Origin: an uncultured Gemmatimonadales bacterium | Lineage (GTDB): Bacteria; Gemmatimonadota; Gemmatimonadetes; Gemmatimonadales; GWC2-71-9 | Assembly: GCA_963739455.1 (NCBI GenBank) | Contig: CAVUAK010000001.1 | Location: 224,001-288,000 of the forward strand | Direction: 5' to 3' | Length of the DNA stretch: 64,000 nucleotides | Part shown: positions 27,842 to 37,840 of the stretch, piece after piece | How the letters are laid out: each line of letters starts with the position of its first letter | Numbering within the stretch: the first letter of the stretch is position 1 | Made by a program: the position numbers and the translations under genes | Notes under the pieces: model-generated | Told to the model about the DNA's origin: nothing | The model's database searches: none | The model's input: the letters and a program-made list of their open reading frames with translations, nothing else

Positions 27842-29485
27842 CTATCGGATGCGTGCGATCGCGATACGGGCGGCGAGCAATGGTGCGATGGCCTGGCCGC
27901 CTCCACCCGTCAGGCGCACCGGCACCGCCGCCGCATTGGCCGGCAGCACGAACCGCACATGCTGCCCCGATCCCGCGCGCAGCGTGCCGCTCCGGGCGTA
28001 GCTGGCACCGCTGGTGCTGTCGGGACGGAGCGGATACACCGGTGAGAGCTGCGACATCGTGGCACGCAGGTTGACCGACAGGTACTGCAGTTGTGGTGGA
28101 ACCGTGGGAAGCCCCTCGAGATTGTCGAGGTAGTTGGCGAGCTGCCATGCGCCCACCAGCTGGTCGAACGCCGTGCCGGTCACTGCAGCAACATTGTCAC
28201 TGCCGACGACGCTCGTCTGTACCAGCGCGCGGGTAAGCGCCGTTCCCTTCACATCCGCTCCGGCGTACTGGTCCGCCAGCCACCGCACGAAGAGCCACTG
28301 CGCACCCCGCTCCTGCAGGTAGCCCAGTGAACTCCCAGGGTTCACCAGGAAGTAGTTCGCCGGTTCGCCGAAGTAACCCGATGCATTGTAGACGTCGCCC
28401 TGCAGGAACTGGGATTGCCGGGTCGCGGCATCGCCCTGTGCCGCCCCGTCGGGAATGAGCCGGCCGCCGAGTTCCTCGGCGAAGTGGGACAGGCCCTCGT
28501 TCAGCCAGACGTTCTCGGAGCTGCCACCGCGAACCAGCACATGCTGGTTGAAGCTGATCATGTGCTGGAACTCATGAATGAACGTCGGCGCCAGGCCCCG
28601 CAGCACGCGCTCCCGCGTGTGACCGCAGCCTGGATTGGCGGCATCTGGCACCCGGCTGTAGAACACCTCGCCCCCGTTCGATCCCGGCTCGCTCGGCACC
28701 AGGTCCACCCCGTAGAAGTAGCCCAGGATGACCGACCCGTTGCTGCAGTCGCCGCTCAATGCGTTCACCGCACCCGAAAGGAGGATCGCGACGACCCCGT
28801 TGTCGTCGAGGTCCGATTCCCGTCCGAACGCCGTCGTGTCGATGGGATACATGTAGGTGTCGAAGAGCACGCCCACGTCGGTGATATCCTGGTCGGTCAG
28901 GCCGCCGGCCGGGACAGCGTCATCCACATAGATCGCGCCCTTGGCGCCCACGTAGCGCGCCGTCGCGGCCACCCGGACAAAAGCGGTGCAACTCGTCGTA
29001 GAGCAGACATTGAAGTCGCGATGGTCGCCCACGACCGGAAGGGCGACGAGCCTCGCGGCGCGCGGACCTGCAGGTGGTACGTCGCGAGTCAATCGCGCTT
29101 CCAGGTTCCGGAGTCGCTCGTGAAACGCTCCGTTCGGCTGGGGCGAGCCATCCGGTGAGGTAGCCCGCGCTCGCGTTGGGCTCCGCAGCGACGCCGATGT
29201 GCCTGCACCTGCCGTGAGCGAGTACGTACCACTGATCCCGCTCGTCACCTGCACTCCGTTTGTCGCGATCGCCGCCACGAGATACTCTGCGCCCGCAGGT
29301 CCCGCCGCCGGCAGCACCAGGCACCCCTCCGATAGCGACGGGTCAACCACGCGGTACTCGCCCGCTGCGAGGACAGTGGGTGTGATGGCGTCACATGGGC
29401 TGGCTGGCACCGGATCTGAGCCACCACAGGCAGTGGCAGCGGCGACTACGAGCAGTACGTGGTAGGCACGATGGGAAGAACGCAT
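27842..29485 (-). CDS. Zinc metallopeptidase lipoprotein (M30/hyicolysin-like)
   Basis: Lipobox ATAC, FIHEFQHMI followed by WLNEGLSHFAEE, and FGRESDLDDNG. Confidence 0.8.
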   Translation of the reverse strand: MRSSHRAYHVLLVVAAATACGGSDPVPASPCDAITPTVLAAGEYRVVDPSLSEGCLVLPAAGPAGAEYLVAAIATNGVQVTSGISGTYSLTAGAGTSASLRSPTRARATSPDGSPQPNGAFHERLRNLEARLTRDVPPAGPRAARLVALPVVGDHRDFNVCSTTSCTAFVRVAATARYVGAKGAIYVDDAVPAGGLTDQDITDVGVLFDTYMYPIDTTAFGRESDLDDNGVVAILLSGAVNALSGDCSNGSVILGYFYGVDLVPSEPGSNGGEVFYSRVPDAANPGCGHTRERVLRGLAPTFIHEFQHMISFNQHVLVRGGSSENVWLNEGLSHFAEELGGRLIPDGAAQGDAATRQSQFLQGDVYNASGYFGEPANYFLVNPGSSLGYLQERGAQWLFVRWLADQYAGADVKGTALTRALVQTSVVGSDNVAAVTGTAFDQLVGAWQLANYLDNLEGLPTVPPQLQYLSVNLRATMSQLSPVYPLRPDSTSGASYARSGTLRAGSGQHVRFVLPANAAAVPVRLTGGGGQAIAPLLAARIAIARIR

Positions 29486-29567
29486 ACACTCCGCGGGCGC
29501 GAGTTGGCGGGTAAGGTCCGCCGTCCGCGTCACGGATCAATGATGGTACCGCAACGTTCGTCTATCT

Positions 29568-29597
29568 CTGTTCCCTGTTTCCCTGTTCCCTGTTCCC
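29568..29597. repeat. (CTGTTCC)n heptamer array
   Basis: CTGTTCCCTGTTTCCCTGTTCCCTGTTCCC abuts the sulfatase stop codon. Confidence 0.85.
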
Positions 29598-29598
29598 G

Positions 29599-31995
29599 CT
29601 ACTTCAAGTACTCGATCGTCGTCTTCCCAATCGTGCCATTGAACGGGAACGGAGCTTGGTCGTAGTAGTCCGCTGATACCGGTGAGTCCAGGTCGGTGCC
29701 GATGTCGAACGTCGCGTTCGACGTGAAGTGAAGCGACATCGCTCGCGGCACCCGGCCCGTCCCCACCACCGCGCCATCCACCCGGAGCGTGATGTCCATC
29801 GGGCCACCGATCGGGCCGGCCAGCTTCGACTCCACTTCAATCGTGCGTTGGCCCGCTGGCACCCGGCCCTTGGACCGGATCCTGGTGCGCTCCACCTCGA
29901 AGAGGTTGAACTCGTACCAGAGGACATTGTCCTTCAAATAGCTCGTGACACCGCCGGAAAATCCCGCCAGCGCATAGAGCACCCCATTTGCCCTGGCAGG
30001 CACATCCACCTTCATCGTCACCAGGCTGCTGTTCTTGCCCAGCTTTGGTGCTGCCGATTCTGGCATCCGCGTAATCGGCGCATCGAAAGACCAGCTCGTG
30101 GCGGTGGGAGCCGGTGCATCCTCCGGATGGAACAGCGCGGTAGACCACAACCCGCCGCCGATCGGCATGTTCTTGTTCTTCTTCGACTCCTCGATGAAGA
30201 GCGCCTTCATCTCCTCGAGCTTGGCGGGCTCCGCCGCCGCCAGGTCGGTCGCCTGGCTCCAGTCGTCGTCGATGTGGTAGAGCTCCCACTTGTCCGTAAG
30301 TGGCGACCACTCCTTGATCCCCTTCGGGATGCCACCGACCCACGGGTCACGCGGCCCCGGCGCGCTCGCGAACCAGCCGTCGTGGTAGATCCCGCGACTC
30401 GCCATGATGTCGAAGAACTGGGTGTGGCGATGCCCGGCCGCCGCCGGGTCGCCGAACGCGTACACCATGCTGGTGCCCGCGATGGAGTCCTGCGTGAACC
30501 CGTTCACCACCCGCGGCGGCGTGATCTTCGTCAGTTCATAGATCGTGGGAACGATGTCGATGACATGATGGAACTGAGGGCGCGGCGTCGTATCGTGGGT
30601 AATGTGCCCCGGCCACGCAATCGCCATCGGCTGGCGCGTGCCACCGAAGTACGCCCCCATCAGCTTGGTGCCCTGGTACGGCGTGCTGCCGGCCCACGCC
30701 CACCCCGCGTGGAACATGTTGTCGGTCTTTGGCCCGCCCAGCACCGGCAGCCCGCCGAGCTCCTGCAGCGCCTTGATGTGCTGCGCGATCGTGGTCGGTA
30801 TCCCGTTCTGCGCCAGCTGCTCGCTGATCGTGCCGTTCAGCCCCTCCGATGACGACCCGTTGTCGCCCCAGATGTACAGCACCAGGGTGTTGTCGAGCCT
30901 GCCCTCCTTCTCGATTTCATCGATCACCAGGCCCGCGTTGTAGTCGGCGTGCTCGGCGAAACCCGCCCAGATCTCCATCAGGCGGCGCTGGAACGGCTTC
31001 TCCGATTCCGGGATCGATTCCCACGACGCCATCGTCGTGGCTCGCGGCGTCAGCTTCGCGTCCTGCGGAATCCATCCCTTGGCCTTCGCCCGCTCGAATG
31101 TCCGCACCCGGTATGCATCCCAGCCGTCGTCGAACTTCCCCTTGTAGCGGTCGGCCCACTCCTTCCACACCTGGTGCGGGCCATGCGCCGCGCCCGGTGC
31201 CCAGTACATGAAGAAGGGCTTGTCAGGTGCGTAGGCCTTCTGCTCGCGGAGCCACCGGATGGCGTCCTGCGCGAGATCCTCCGACAGGTGATAGCGCTTG
31301 GGCCTCTCCTCCGTCACCTGCGTCGTGTTTCGGACGAGCGTCGGTTCGTACTGTGATGCTTCACCAGCGAGGAAACCGTAGAAGTACTCGAACCCGTAGC
31401 CGGTGGGCCAATAGTCGAATGGGCCCTTGTCGGTGATCTGGTCCTCTGGCGTGTTGTGCCACTTCCCCCAGGCCCCCGTGTTGTAGCCGTAGTCCTTGAG
31501 CACCTCGACCATTGTCGCTGAGGTCTTGGGGATGACGCCGCTGAAGCCGTCGAAGTCATTGGCGATCGCGGAGATCTGCCCGTTGCCCACGAAGGTGTGG
31601 TTGCGGCCCGTCAGGAGCGACGCTCGCGTCGGCGAGCACATCGCGGTCGAGTGGAACCGATTGAAGGAGATCCCCATGTTCGCGATGCGGCTGAGCGTCG
31701 GCGTGTTGACCTCGCCGCCATAGGTGGACGGGGTGCCGGGTCCGACATCGTCCATCAGGATGATCAGGATATTTGGCGCATCCGCCGCGAGATGTTTCGG
31801 CTCGACCCGCTTGTGGTAGGTCGAGGTCTCCATCGTCAGTCCCGGAGTGGACGCGGAGGGCGCAGGCGGAAAGGGCAGCACCTCACCCGTCATCACCTGC
31901 TCGGTCCCCTTGCTTGCGGACTCCTTGCAGGCGGTTACGATGGATGCGAAGACCAGGGCGGACGCCAGCCGCCGGTACCGGCAATGGATTCTCAT
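29599..31995 (-). CDS. Arylsulfatase (Cys-type, formylglycine-dependent), lipoprotein
   Basis: PNILIILMDDVG, CSPTRASLLTGR, GKWH and GDNG motifs, lipobox VTAC. Confidence 0.93.
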   Translation of the reverse strand: MRIHCRYRRLASALVFASIVTACKESASKGTEQVMTGEVLPFPPAPSASTPGLTMETSTYHKRVEPKHLAADAPNILIILMDDVGPGTPSTYGGEVNTPTLSRIANMGISFNRFHSTAMCSPTRASLLTGRNHTFVGNGQISAIANDFDGFSGVIPKTSATMVEVLKDYGYNTGAWGKWHNTPEDQITDKGPFDYWPTGYGFEYFYGFLAGEASQYEPTLVRNTTQVTEERPKRYHLSEDLAQDAIRWLREQKAYAPDKPFFMYWAPGAAHGPHQVWKEWADRYKGKFDDGWDAYRVRTFERAKAKGWIPQDAKLTPRATTMASWESIPESEKPFQRRLMEIWAGFAEHADYNAGLVIDEIEKEGRLDNTLVLYIWGDNGSSSEGLNGTISEQLAQNGIPTTIAQHIKALQELGGLPVLGGPKTDNMFHAGWAWAGSTPYQGTKLMGAYFGGTRQPMAIAWPGHITHDTTPRPQFHHVIDIVPTIYELTKITPPRVVNGFTQDSIAGTSMVYAFGDPAAAGHRHTQFFDIMASRGIYHDGWFASAPGPRDPWVGGIPKGIKEWSPLTDKWELYHIDDDWSQATDLAAAEPAKLEEMKALFIEESKKNKNMPIGGGLWSTALFHPEDAPAPTATSWSFDAPITRMPESAAPKLGKNSSLVTMKVDVPARANGVLYALAGFSGGVTSYLKDNVLWYEFNLFEVERTRIRSKGRVPAGQRTIEVESKLAGPIGGPMDITLRVDGAVVGTGRVPRAMSLHFTSNATFDIGTDLDSPVSADYYDQAPFPFNGTIGKTTIEYLK

Positions 31996-32030
31996 GACCG
32001 TATCTTGCTGTCGTGAAGGGAAGAACGCCA

Positions 32031-33224
32031 ATGCCTGCGAACGACGACCTTGAAGATGGCAACGACAGTGGCCACGCGATATCCCTGATCCGTGGCGACC
32101 CGCTCTTCCGCCTCCAGCGTGCAATCGGCCTTATCCCGCCCCAGGGGCTCGGCCTGGTTCGTCGTGCCGTCTTCGCGGCACTGGTCACCTGGCTACCCAT
32201 CGCCATCTGGGCCTGGTGGCGCGGTCACGTCTTCGGCAGCACCATCGATGAACCGCTGCTGCAACACTACGGCGTGCATGTTCGCTGCCTCGTCGCCATT
32301 CCATTGCTGATTTTCGCCGAGGGCATGGCAAGTGCCGTCTCCCGGCGCTTGCTGCCGCAGTTTGTGCGGGCCGGGATCGTGTCGGAGGACGATGCATTCC
32401 ACCAGGTCGTGCGCGACATGGCTCGCCTGCGCGATCGCACCCTCCCCTGGGTCTTCATCGCCGGGGTGGTCGTCGCCTGGATAGTGCTGGAGCCGGCGAG
32501 CCATCAGGCCCATGACCTCTTGTGGGCCGTGGATCCACCGCCGGCCGGCGGCATGGGGTTCGGTGGGTGGTGGTACCTCTACGTCGTGCGCCCCGTCTAT
32601 ATCACGCTGGTGCTCGCCTGGATCTGGCGTCTCCTGCTGCTCACCGTGCTGATGTTCCGCGTGTCACGGCTTCCCCTGTCGCTCGTACCAACGCATCCCG
32701 ACCGCCAGGCTGGGCTGGGATTCCTTGCGGCGGTTCCGGGCGCGTTCTCGCTCGTGATCCTTGCGCTCTCGTCTGTCCTTGCATCCGGCTGGGCCCACAA
32801 CGTCATGTTCCACGAGGTCACGCTCCTGCAGCTCCGGATCCCCGCCGCTGCCTTTCTCGTGCTGACCACGACGGTCTTCCTGGCCCCCCTCCTCGTGTTT
32901 GCACCGGCACTGGCGCGGACCAGGAAATTCGCCAGGCTCGAATATTCCGCGCTCGTGGCACGACACGGCAGGGCAGTGCGCGAACGCTGGATCAATGGCA
33001 AGCCGGTTGTCGAGGACGAGGCGCTCCTGTCGGCCCCCGAGATAGGTCCCGTCGCCGACACCATCTCCATGTATGACGCCGTCGCGCGCATGCGGCCCCT
33101 GCCCGTGGGGCGCACCAGCCTCCTCTCGGTGCTTGTTCCTGCCATCGTTCCCATGTTCGTCGTCGTGGCGCTGCGCATTCCCATCAAGGACGTTTTCCTT
33201 TCCCTGCTCAAGGCCATCACCTAG
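32031..33224 (+). CDS. Multi-pass membrane protein of unknown function
   Basis: About 7 hydrophobic segments and an HPDRQAGLGFL motif. Confidence 0.75.
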   Translation: MPANDDLEDGNDSGHAISLIRGDPLFRLQRAIGLIPPQGLGLVRRAVFAALVTWLPIAIWAWWRGHVFGSTIDEPLLQHYGVHVRCLVAIPLLIFAEGMASAVSRRLLPQFVRAGIVSEDDAFHQVVRDMARLRDRTLPWVFIAGVVVAWIVLEPASHQAHDLLWAVDPPPAGGMGFGGWWYLYVVRPVYITLVLAWIWRLLLLTVLMFRVSRLPLSLVPTHPDRQAGLGFLAAVPGAFSLVILALSSVLASGWAHNVMFHEVTLLQLRIPAAAFLVLTTTVFLAPLLVFAPALARTRKFARLEYSALVARHGRAVRERWINGKPVVEDEALLSAPEIGPVADTISMYDAVARMRPLPVGRTSLLSVLVPAIVPMFVVVALRIPIKDVFLSLLKAIT

Positions 33225-34632
33225 CCGAGAGCACCGATTCCGCAGCCGCTATCGCCCGCGCGACATCGCGGGCATTCGTGCGCCAGTTCACCACGCTCAC
33301 GCGCATCGCTCGCCGGCCGCGCCATGTCGTGCCGCTGAAGAACGCCTCGCCCGTCGCATTGATCCCCGCGATCACCGAGTCGGTATAGCGGTCATCATCC
33401 TCCTGCGACGCACCTGCCCGCGGAGCGTGGAACCGCACCAGCCCCTGGTTCAGGTCCGACACCCACAGTGCCTCCGCTCCCTTCAATGCTCCGATGCCGG
33501 TGACAATCGCTCGGCAGTGGTCACAACACCGATCCACCAGTGCCTCGAGGCCCTCGCGTCCGAGCTCCCGTATCGCCGCGTATACCGTGTAACCGCGACC
33601 ACGCCGGGAGAACTCCGGTGTCCAGTCGAGCTGGTCCCGCGCGCGATCGTCGGGAGCCAGGTATGACGCGCTCACCGTCATTGCCGCGCGATGTGCCTCC
33701 CGGTCGCGCACGATCGCGATGCCGCAGTCGAACGGCACGTTGAGCCATTTGTGGCCATCGGTAGCCCAGCTGTCGGCGGTCTCCACGCCTGCCATCAGGC
33801 CGTGCTTGGCCCGGCTCGCGCGCGCGATCAACCCGAACGCGCCATCGACATGCACCCACGCATTCGACGCACGCGCAATCGGGATCAGTTCCTTGAAGGG
33901 ATCGAACGCCGCGATGTTGAGGTCCGCTGCGTTTAGCACCACGATGCTCGGCCCCTTCCACTCGGCGAGCGCCCTGGTCAGTGTCTCCGGCGCCAGTTGC
34001 CCCACCTCGTTGCTGGGAAGCACCTGCAGGCTGCTGGTGCCGAAGCCCAGGTAACGCACCGCGCGGTCGATCGTGCTGTGTTTCTGGTCGCTCACGAAGA
34101 TCCGGGTGGCCGGCGCCCCGGTCAGTCCGCTGTGCTCGACATCCCAGCCCACGCGCTGCAGCACCGCGTGCCGCGCCGCCGCGAGGCAGGTGAAGTGGGC
34201 CATCTGGCAGCCCGTCACGAATGCGAACGCTGCCGCGCGGGGAAGGTCCAGCAGTTCCTTGATCCAGGCCCCCGCCACCTCCTCCACCACCGCGGGCGCC
34301 GGGGCCACGGCGAACTGTCCGGCATTGCCATCCCACGCGGAGGTAAGCCAGTCCGCGGCGAGCGCGGCATCGAGTGACCCGCCGATCACCCAGGCGTAGA
34401 ACCGCCCGCTCGCCGAGCCGTGATGGCCGCCAGCCGTCTGCGCCACCAGCTCATCGATGATCTGCGCCGGGTCCGTCCCCCGCTCCGGCACGGGCAGGTG
34501 CAACCGCGCGCGCAGTGTCGCGAGATCCGCCCGCGCGCCAACCGGCCTCGTATCGAGACCCGCCAGCCACTCCGAGGCATGATGAACGGCGCGCAGCAGC
34601 GCCGGCGGGGGATTGACCTGTTCACTTGCCAC
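33217..34632 (-). CDS. PLP-dependent group II (aromatic amino acid-type) decarboxylase
   Basis: WVHVDGAFG, DSWATDGHKWLNVP(F)DCG and PEFSRR motifs. Confidence 0.9.
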   Translation of the reverse strand: MASEQVNPPPALLRAVHHASEWLAGLDTRPVGARADLATLRARLHLPVPERGTDPAQIIDELVAQTAGGHHGSASGRFYAWVIGGSLDAALAADWLTSAWDGNAGQFAVAPAPAVVEEVAGAWIKELLDLPRAAAFAFVTGCQMAHFTCLAAARHAVLQRVGWDVEHSGLTGAPATRIFVSDQKHSTIDRAVRYLGFGTSSLQVLPSNEVGQLAPETLTRALAEWKGPSIVVLNAADLNIAAFDPFKELIPIARASNAWVHVDGAFGLIARASRAKHGLMAGVETADSWATDGHKWLNVPFDCGIAIVRDREAHRAAMTVSASYLAPDDRARDQLDWTPEFSRRGRGYTVYAAIRELGREGLEALVDRCCDHCRAIVTGIGALKGAEALWVSDLNQGLVRFHAPRAGASQEDDDRYTDSVIAGINATGEAFFSGTTWRGRRAMRVSVVNWRTNARDVARAIAAAESVLSAR

Positions 34633-34688
34633 AAACGCTCCGGGTAGGACTCGGCTGTTATTCTAGCCGAACCTCCTTCGTACCGCCT

Positions 34689-34725
34689 CCTGTTTCCTGC
34701 TTTCTGTTCCCCGTTCCCTGTTCCC
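34689..34725. repeat. Degenerate CTGTTCC heptamer array
   Basis: CCTGTTTCCTGCTTTCTGTTCCCCGTTCCCTGTTCCC in the divergent intergenic region. Confidence 0.7.
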
Positions 34726-34816
34726 GTATCTGACCACGGCGCATTTCGCAGCGTATGTTCATTGTCAGGCCTGCGAAGCAGGCCGTGGCAATCCAGTTGC
34801 CTGGCACGGAGCCCGC

Positions 34817-37813
34817 TTGAATAGCTTCGATCGCCTCACTGCCGCACTCTCAGACCGCTACCGCATCGAGCGCGAGCTCGGGCACGGGGGCATGGCCACC
34901 GTCTACCTCGCGCACGACCTCAAGCACGACCGCCGCGTCGCCATCAAGGTGCTCCACCCCGAACTCGCCCACACGCTTGGCCCTGAGCGGTTCCTCCGCG
35001 AGATCACGACGACCGCCCAGTTCGACCATCCGTACATCCTGCCGCTCCTCGACAGCGGCGTTGCTGACTCACGACTGACGACTCACGACTCACGACTGCT
35101 GTTCTACGTCATGCCGTATGTCGAGGGCGAATCCCTCCGCGACCGCCTGAAGCGCGGGAAGCAACTTCCGGTCGATGAGGCGCTCCAGGTCACTCGCGAA
35201 GTCGCGGAGGCGCTCGGCTATGCCCACGCCAGGGGCGTCATTCACCGCGACATCAAGCCGGAGAACATCATGCTCTCGGGCGGCCACGCGCGGGTAGCCG
35301 ACTTCGGCATTGCGAGGGCCATCGACGCCGCCGGCAACGAGAAGTTGACAGAAACCGGCCTCGCCATCGGCACACCAGCCTACATGAGTCCGGAACAGTC
35401 CATGGGCGAGCGGCGACCTCGACGGCCGGAGCGATCTCTACGCACTGGGCTGCGTGCTGTACGAGATGCTCGCGGGAGAGCCTCCCTATACCGGGACCCA
35501 CCGCGCAGGCCATCATCGCCAAGCGGATGACGAACCCGGTCCCGTCGGTGCTCACCGTGCGGGAGACGGTGCCGGACTCCGTCGATCGCGCACTGACACG
35601 TGTGCTCGCCAAGGCCCCTGCTGACCGGTTCCCCACTGCCGCGCGGTTCGTCGATGCGCTGAGCCAGACGGCGACGACTGCGCCGATGGCGGTGAGACGG
35701 CCTGGTGCGCGGAAGAGTGCGAGGATCGTGGGAGCCGGCACCCTTCTGGCGGCAATTCTCTTTGGCGGCTGGCGCTTCGCGCGCGCACACCGGCCACAGG
35801 TCGAGCCATCAGTGTCGGTCATTGCCGTTTTCCCGTTTTCTTCCAGCGGAGACACGGCGCTGGCGCGACTGAGCCGTGACCTCGCCCTCACGATCAGCGC
35901 AAACCTCGACGGGCAGGGCGGCATCCGGACTGTGGACCCCCAACAGGTCTTGGCGAAGGTCGGCGACGGCAGCGGCCAGGGAGCCTCCGACGTGACCGCG
36001 CTCGGGAGGAGCCTCGGTGCCGGAAGCGTGCTCCGGGGCAGCATCGTGAAGGCGGGCTCCGACGCGCAACTCGACCTGAAGCTCGTGTCCACCACCGGTG
36101 ACTCCGAGCCGTTGGCGCGGGTATCCCTGCGCAATGCCCCTGACTCCATCAACGCCCTCACGGACTCAATCACCTGGTCCGTGCTCCGGCAGATCTGGCG
36201 CCGGGGCGAGCCGCCCTCTCCGAGCTACGCAAACCTCAGCACCCGATCGGTGCAGTCGCTCCGCGCCTTCCTCGATGGCGAGCGGCTCAGCGTCGCCGGT
36301 CGCTACCCCGAGGCCATCGAGGCTTATTCCGCCGCTATCCAGGCCGACTCGAGTTTCTGGCTGGCCGGCTGGCGATACAATGCGGCGCAGGGATGGATGA
36401 ATGATGCCCAGCCCGACTCGAACCTCGAGCGCGGGTATGAATCTCATCTCGCCGCGTTTGGGGAGCGAGATCGAATGCTGATCGAGGCCGAACGAGATGC
36501 CGAAGCTCAGGGTGCCAGGCACCTTGCCAGTATCGCGGCCATCAAGGATCGGTTCCCCACGGACTGGCTCGCCTGGTTCTACTACGCGGACCACCTCTTT
36601 CATGTCGGTGGTGTGCTCGGGCACACGAACGCCGAGACGAGGGACGCGCTGCAGCGCACCGTGGACCTGAATCCCCGAGCTGGTGCCGATGTGGAAGCAT
36701 CTCTTCCAGGCCAGTGTGAGCCACGATTCAGCCCAGAGCGGCCGTGCTCTGAGGGCTATGACCGCACTGGGTCTCTGGTCGGCAGGGTCCGAGGAATCGA
36801 AGCGGGTCGGCTTCGATACAGGGCTGTTCTGGCGCGTGCTCCAGTCGTACGCTGGCGAACCGTCGCTGCCGCTACTCGATAGCCTCGCGGCCAGTGTGGT
36901 CAGCGTGAAATGGCCGGCGCCTCCCACGTTCCTGACGTCAAACGGGTTCCCGGCCGCGCAAGTGCAATTCAACCAGCGCTGGATGCAGCTGGTCCCGACT
37001 GGCACGCCGATCTGGCGGGCCTGGCGGGGTTCCGCCTATGCGTCGGTGGCCCGCGGCGCGTGGGACTCTGCCCTCGTCATGATGGATCGCTACGCGGCGG
37101 GAAGCCCCGACGACGCGGCAGCCCTCGACATCTATCGACTCGCTGTGATCGGTGCCTGGCTCGGCGGACTCGATACGCTCCGGGCGGCCGAGCGTCGCCC
37201 GGCGGCTGCGAAGTACGTCGCTCGGCTCTCTCCCGACTCCGCCTCCGGCAAGGAGGCGCGCGCGACCTTGGCCTGGAGCGACGGTATGCTCGCAGTGCTT
37301 CGGCGCGACAGGAAATTGCTTTCGACCGCGCGCGAGGCCAACCGGCAGAGTGGCGCCAGCGGGGCCGCGAACACAGGCCGGTTGCTGAGTGCCTTCGAGG
37401 CGCAACTTCGCGAAGAGACGCGAACGGCCGCCGATTCGTTTGCAATGCTGGACATCCCCGACACCACCAGCGCTCTTGCCGAGGTGGATTCGTATACGAG
37501 ATCCGTGGCGCACATGAACGCGGCACAGCTGATGCTCGCGCTCGGTGACACAAGCCGGGCCGTTCGCTTGCTGTACTGGCATGAAGCGCACGGCGTCGAC
37601 AAGGATGCCTTTCCCCTCTTTGAGGCACTCGCGTACGACCAGCTGGCCCGCATCGAGGAGGCGCAGGGTAAGGACGACCTCGCCCGCGACCACTACCAGC
37701 AATTCCTCCGACGCTACGATATGCCACCCCCTGCCCATCAGTACATGGTCGACAACGCGAAGGCGGCGCTGCGGCGCCTGTCCGGCCAGAATGACGCTCC
37801 CGCCACAAGGTGA
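34817..37813 (+). CDS. Ser/Thr kinase K2: kinase + TM + TolB_N-like + TPR (frameshifts near 35405, 35495, 36680)
   Basis: Canonical kinase motifs, IAVFPF...VLRGSI domain, and helical/TPR C-terminus across the ORFs at 34817, 35527 and 36683. Confidence 0.85.
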
Positions 37814-37840
37814 GCGCAGGCAGTACATTCTGTGGCCCCC

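Noticed and set aside
35060..35098. Kinase loop inserts as inteins or introns
   Set aside because: They are only 13-24 codons long, with no Cys/Ser...His-Asn intein ends and no intron structure.
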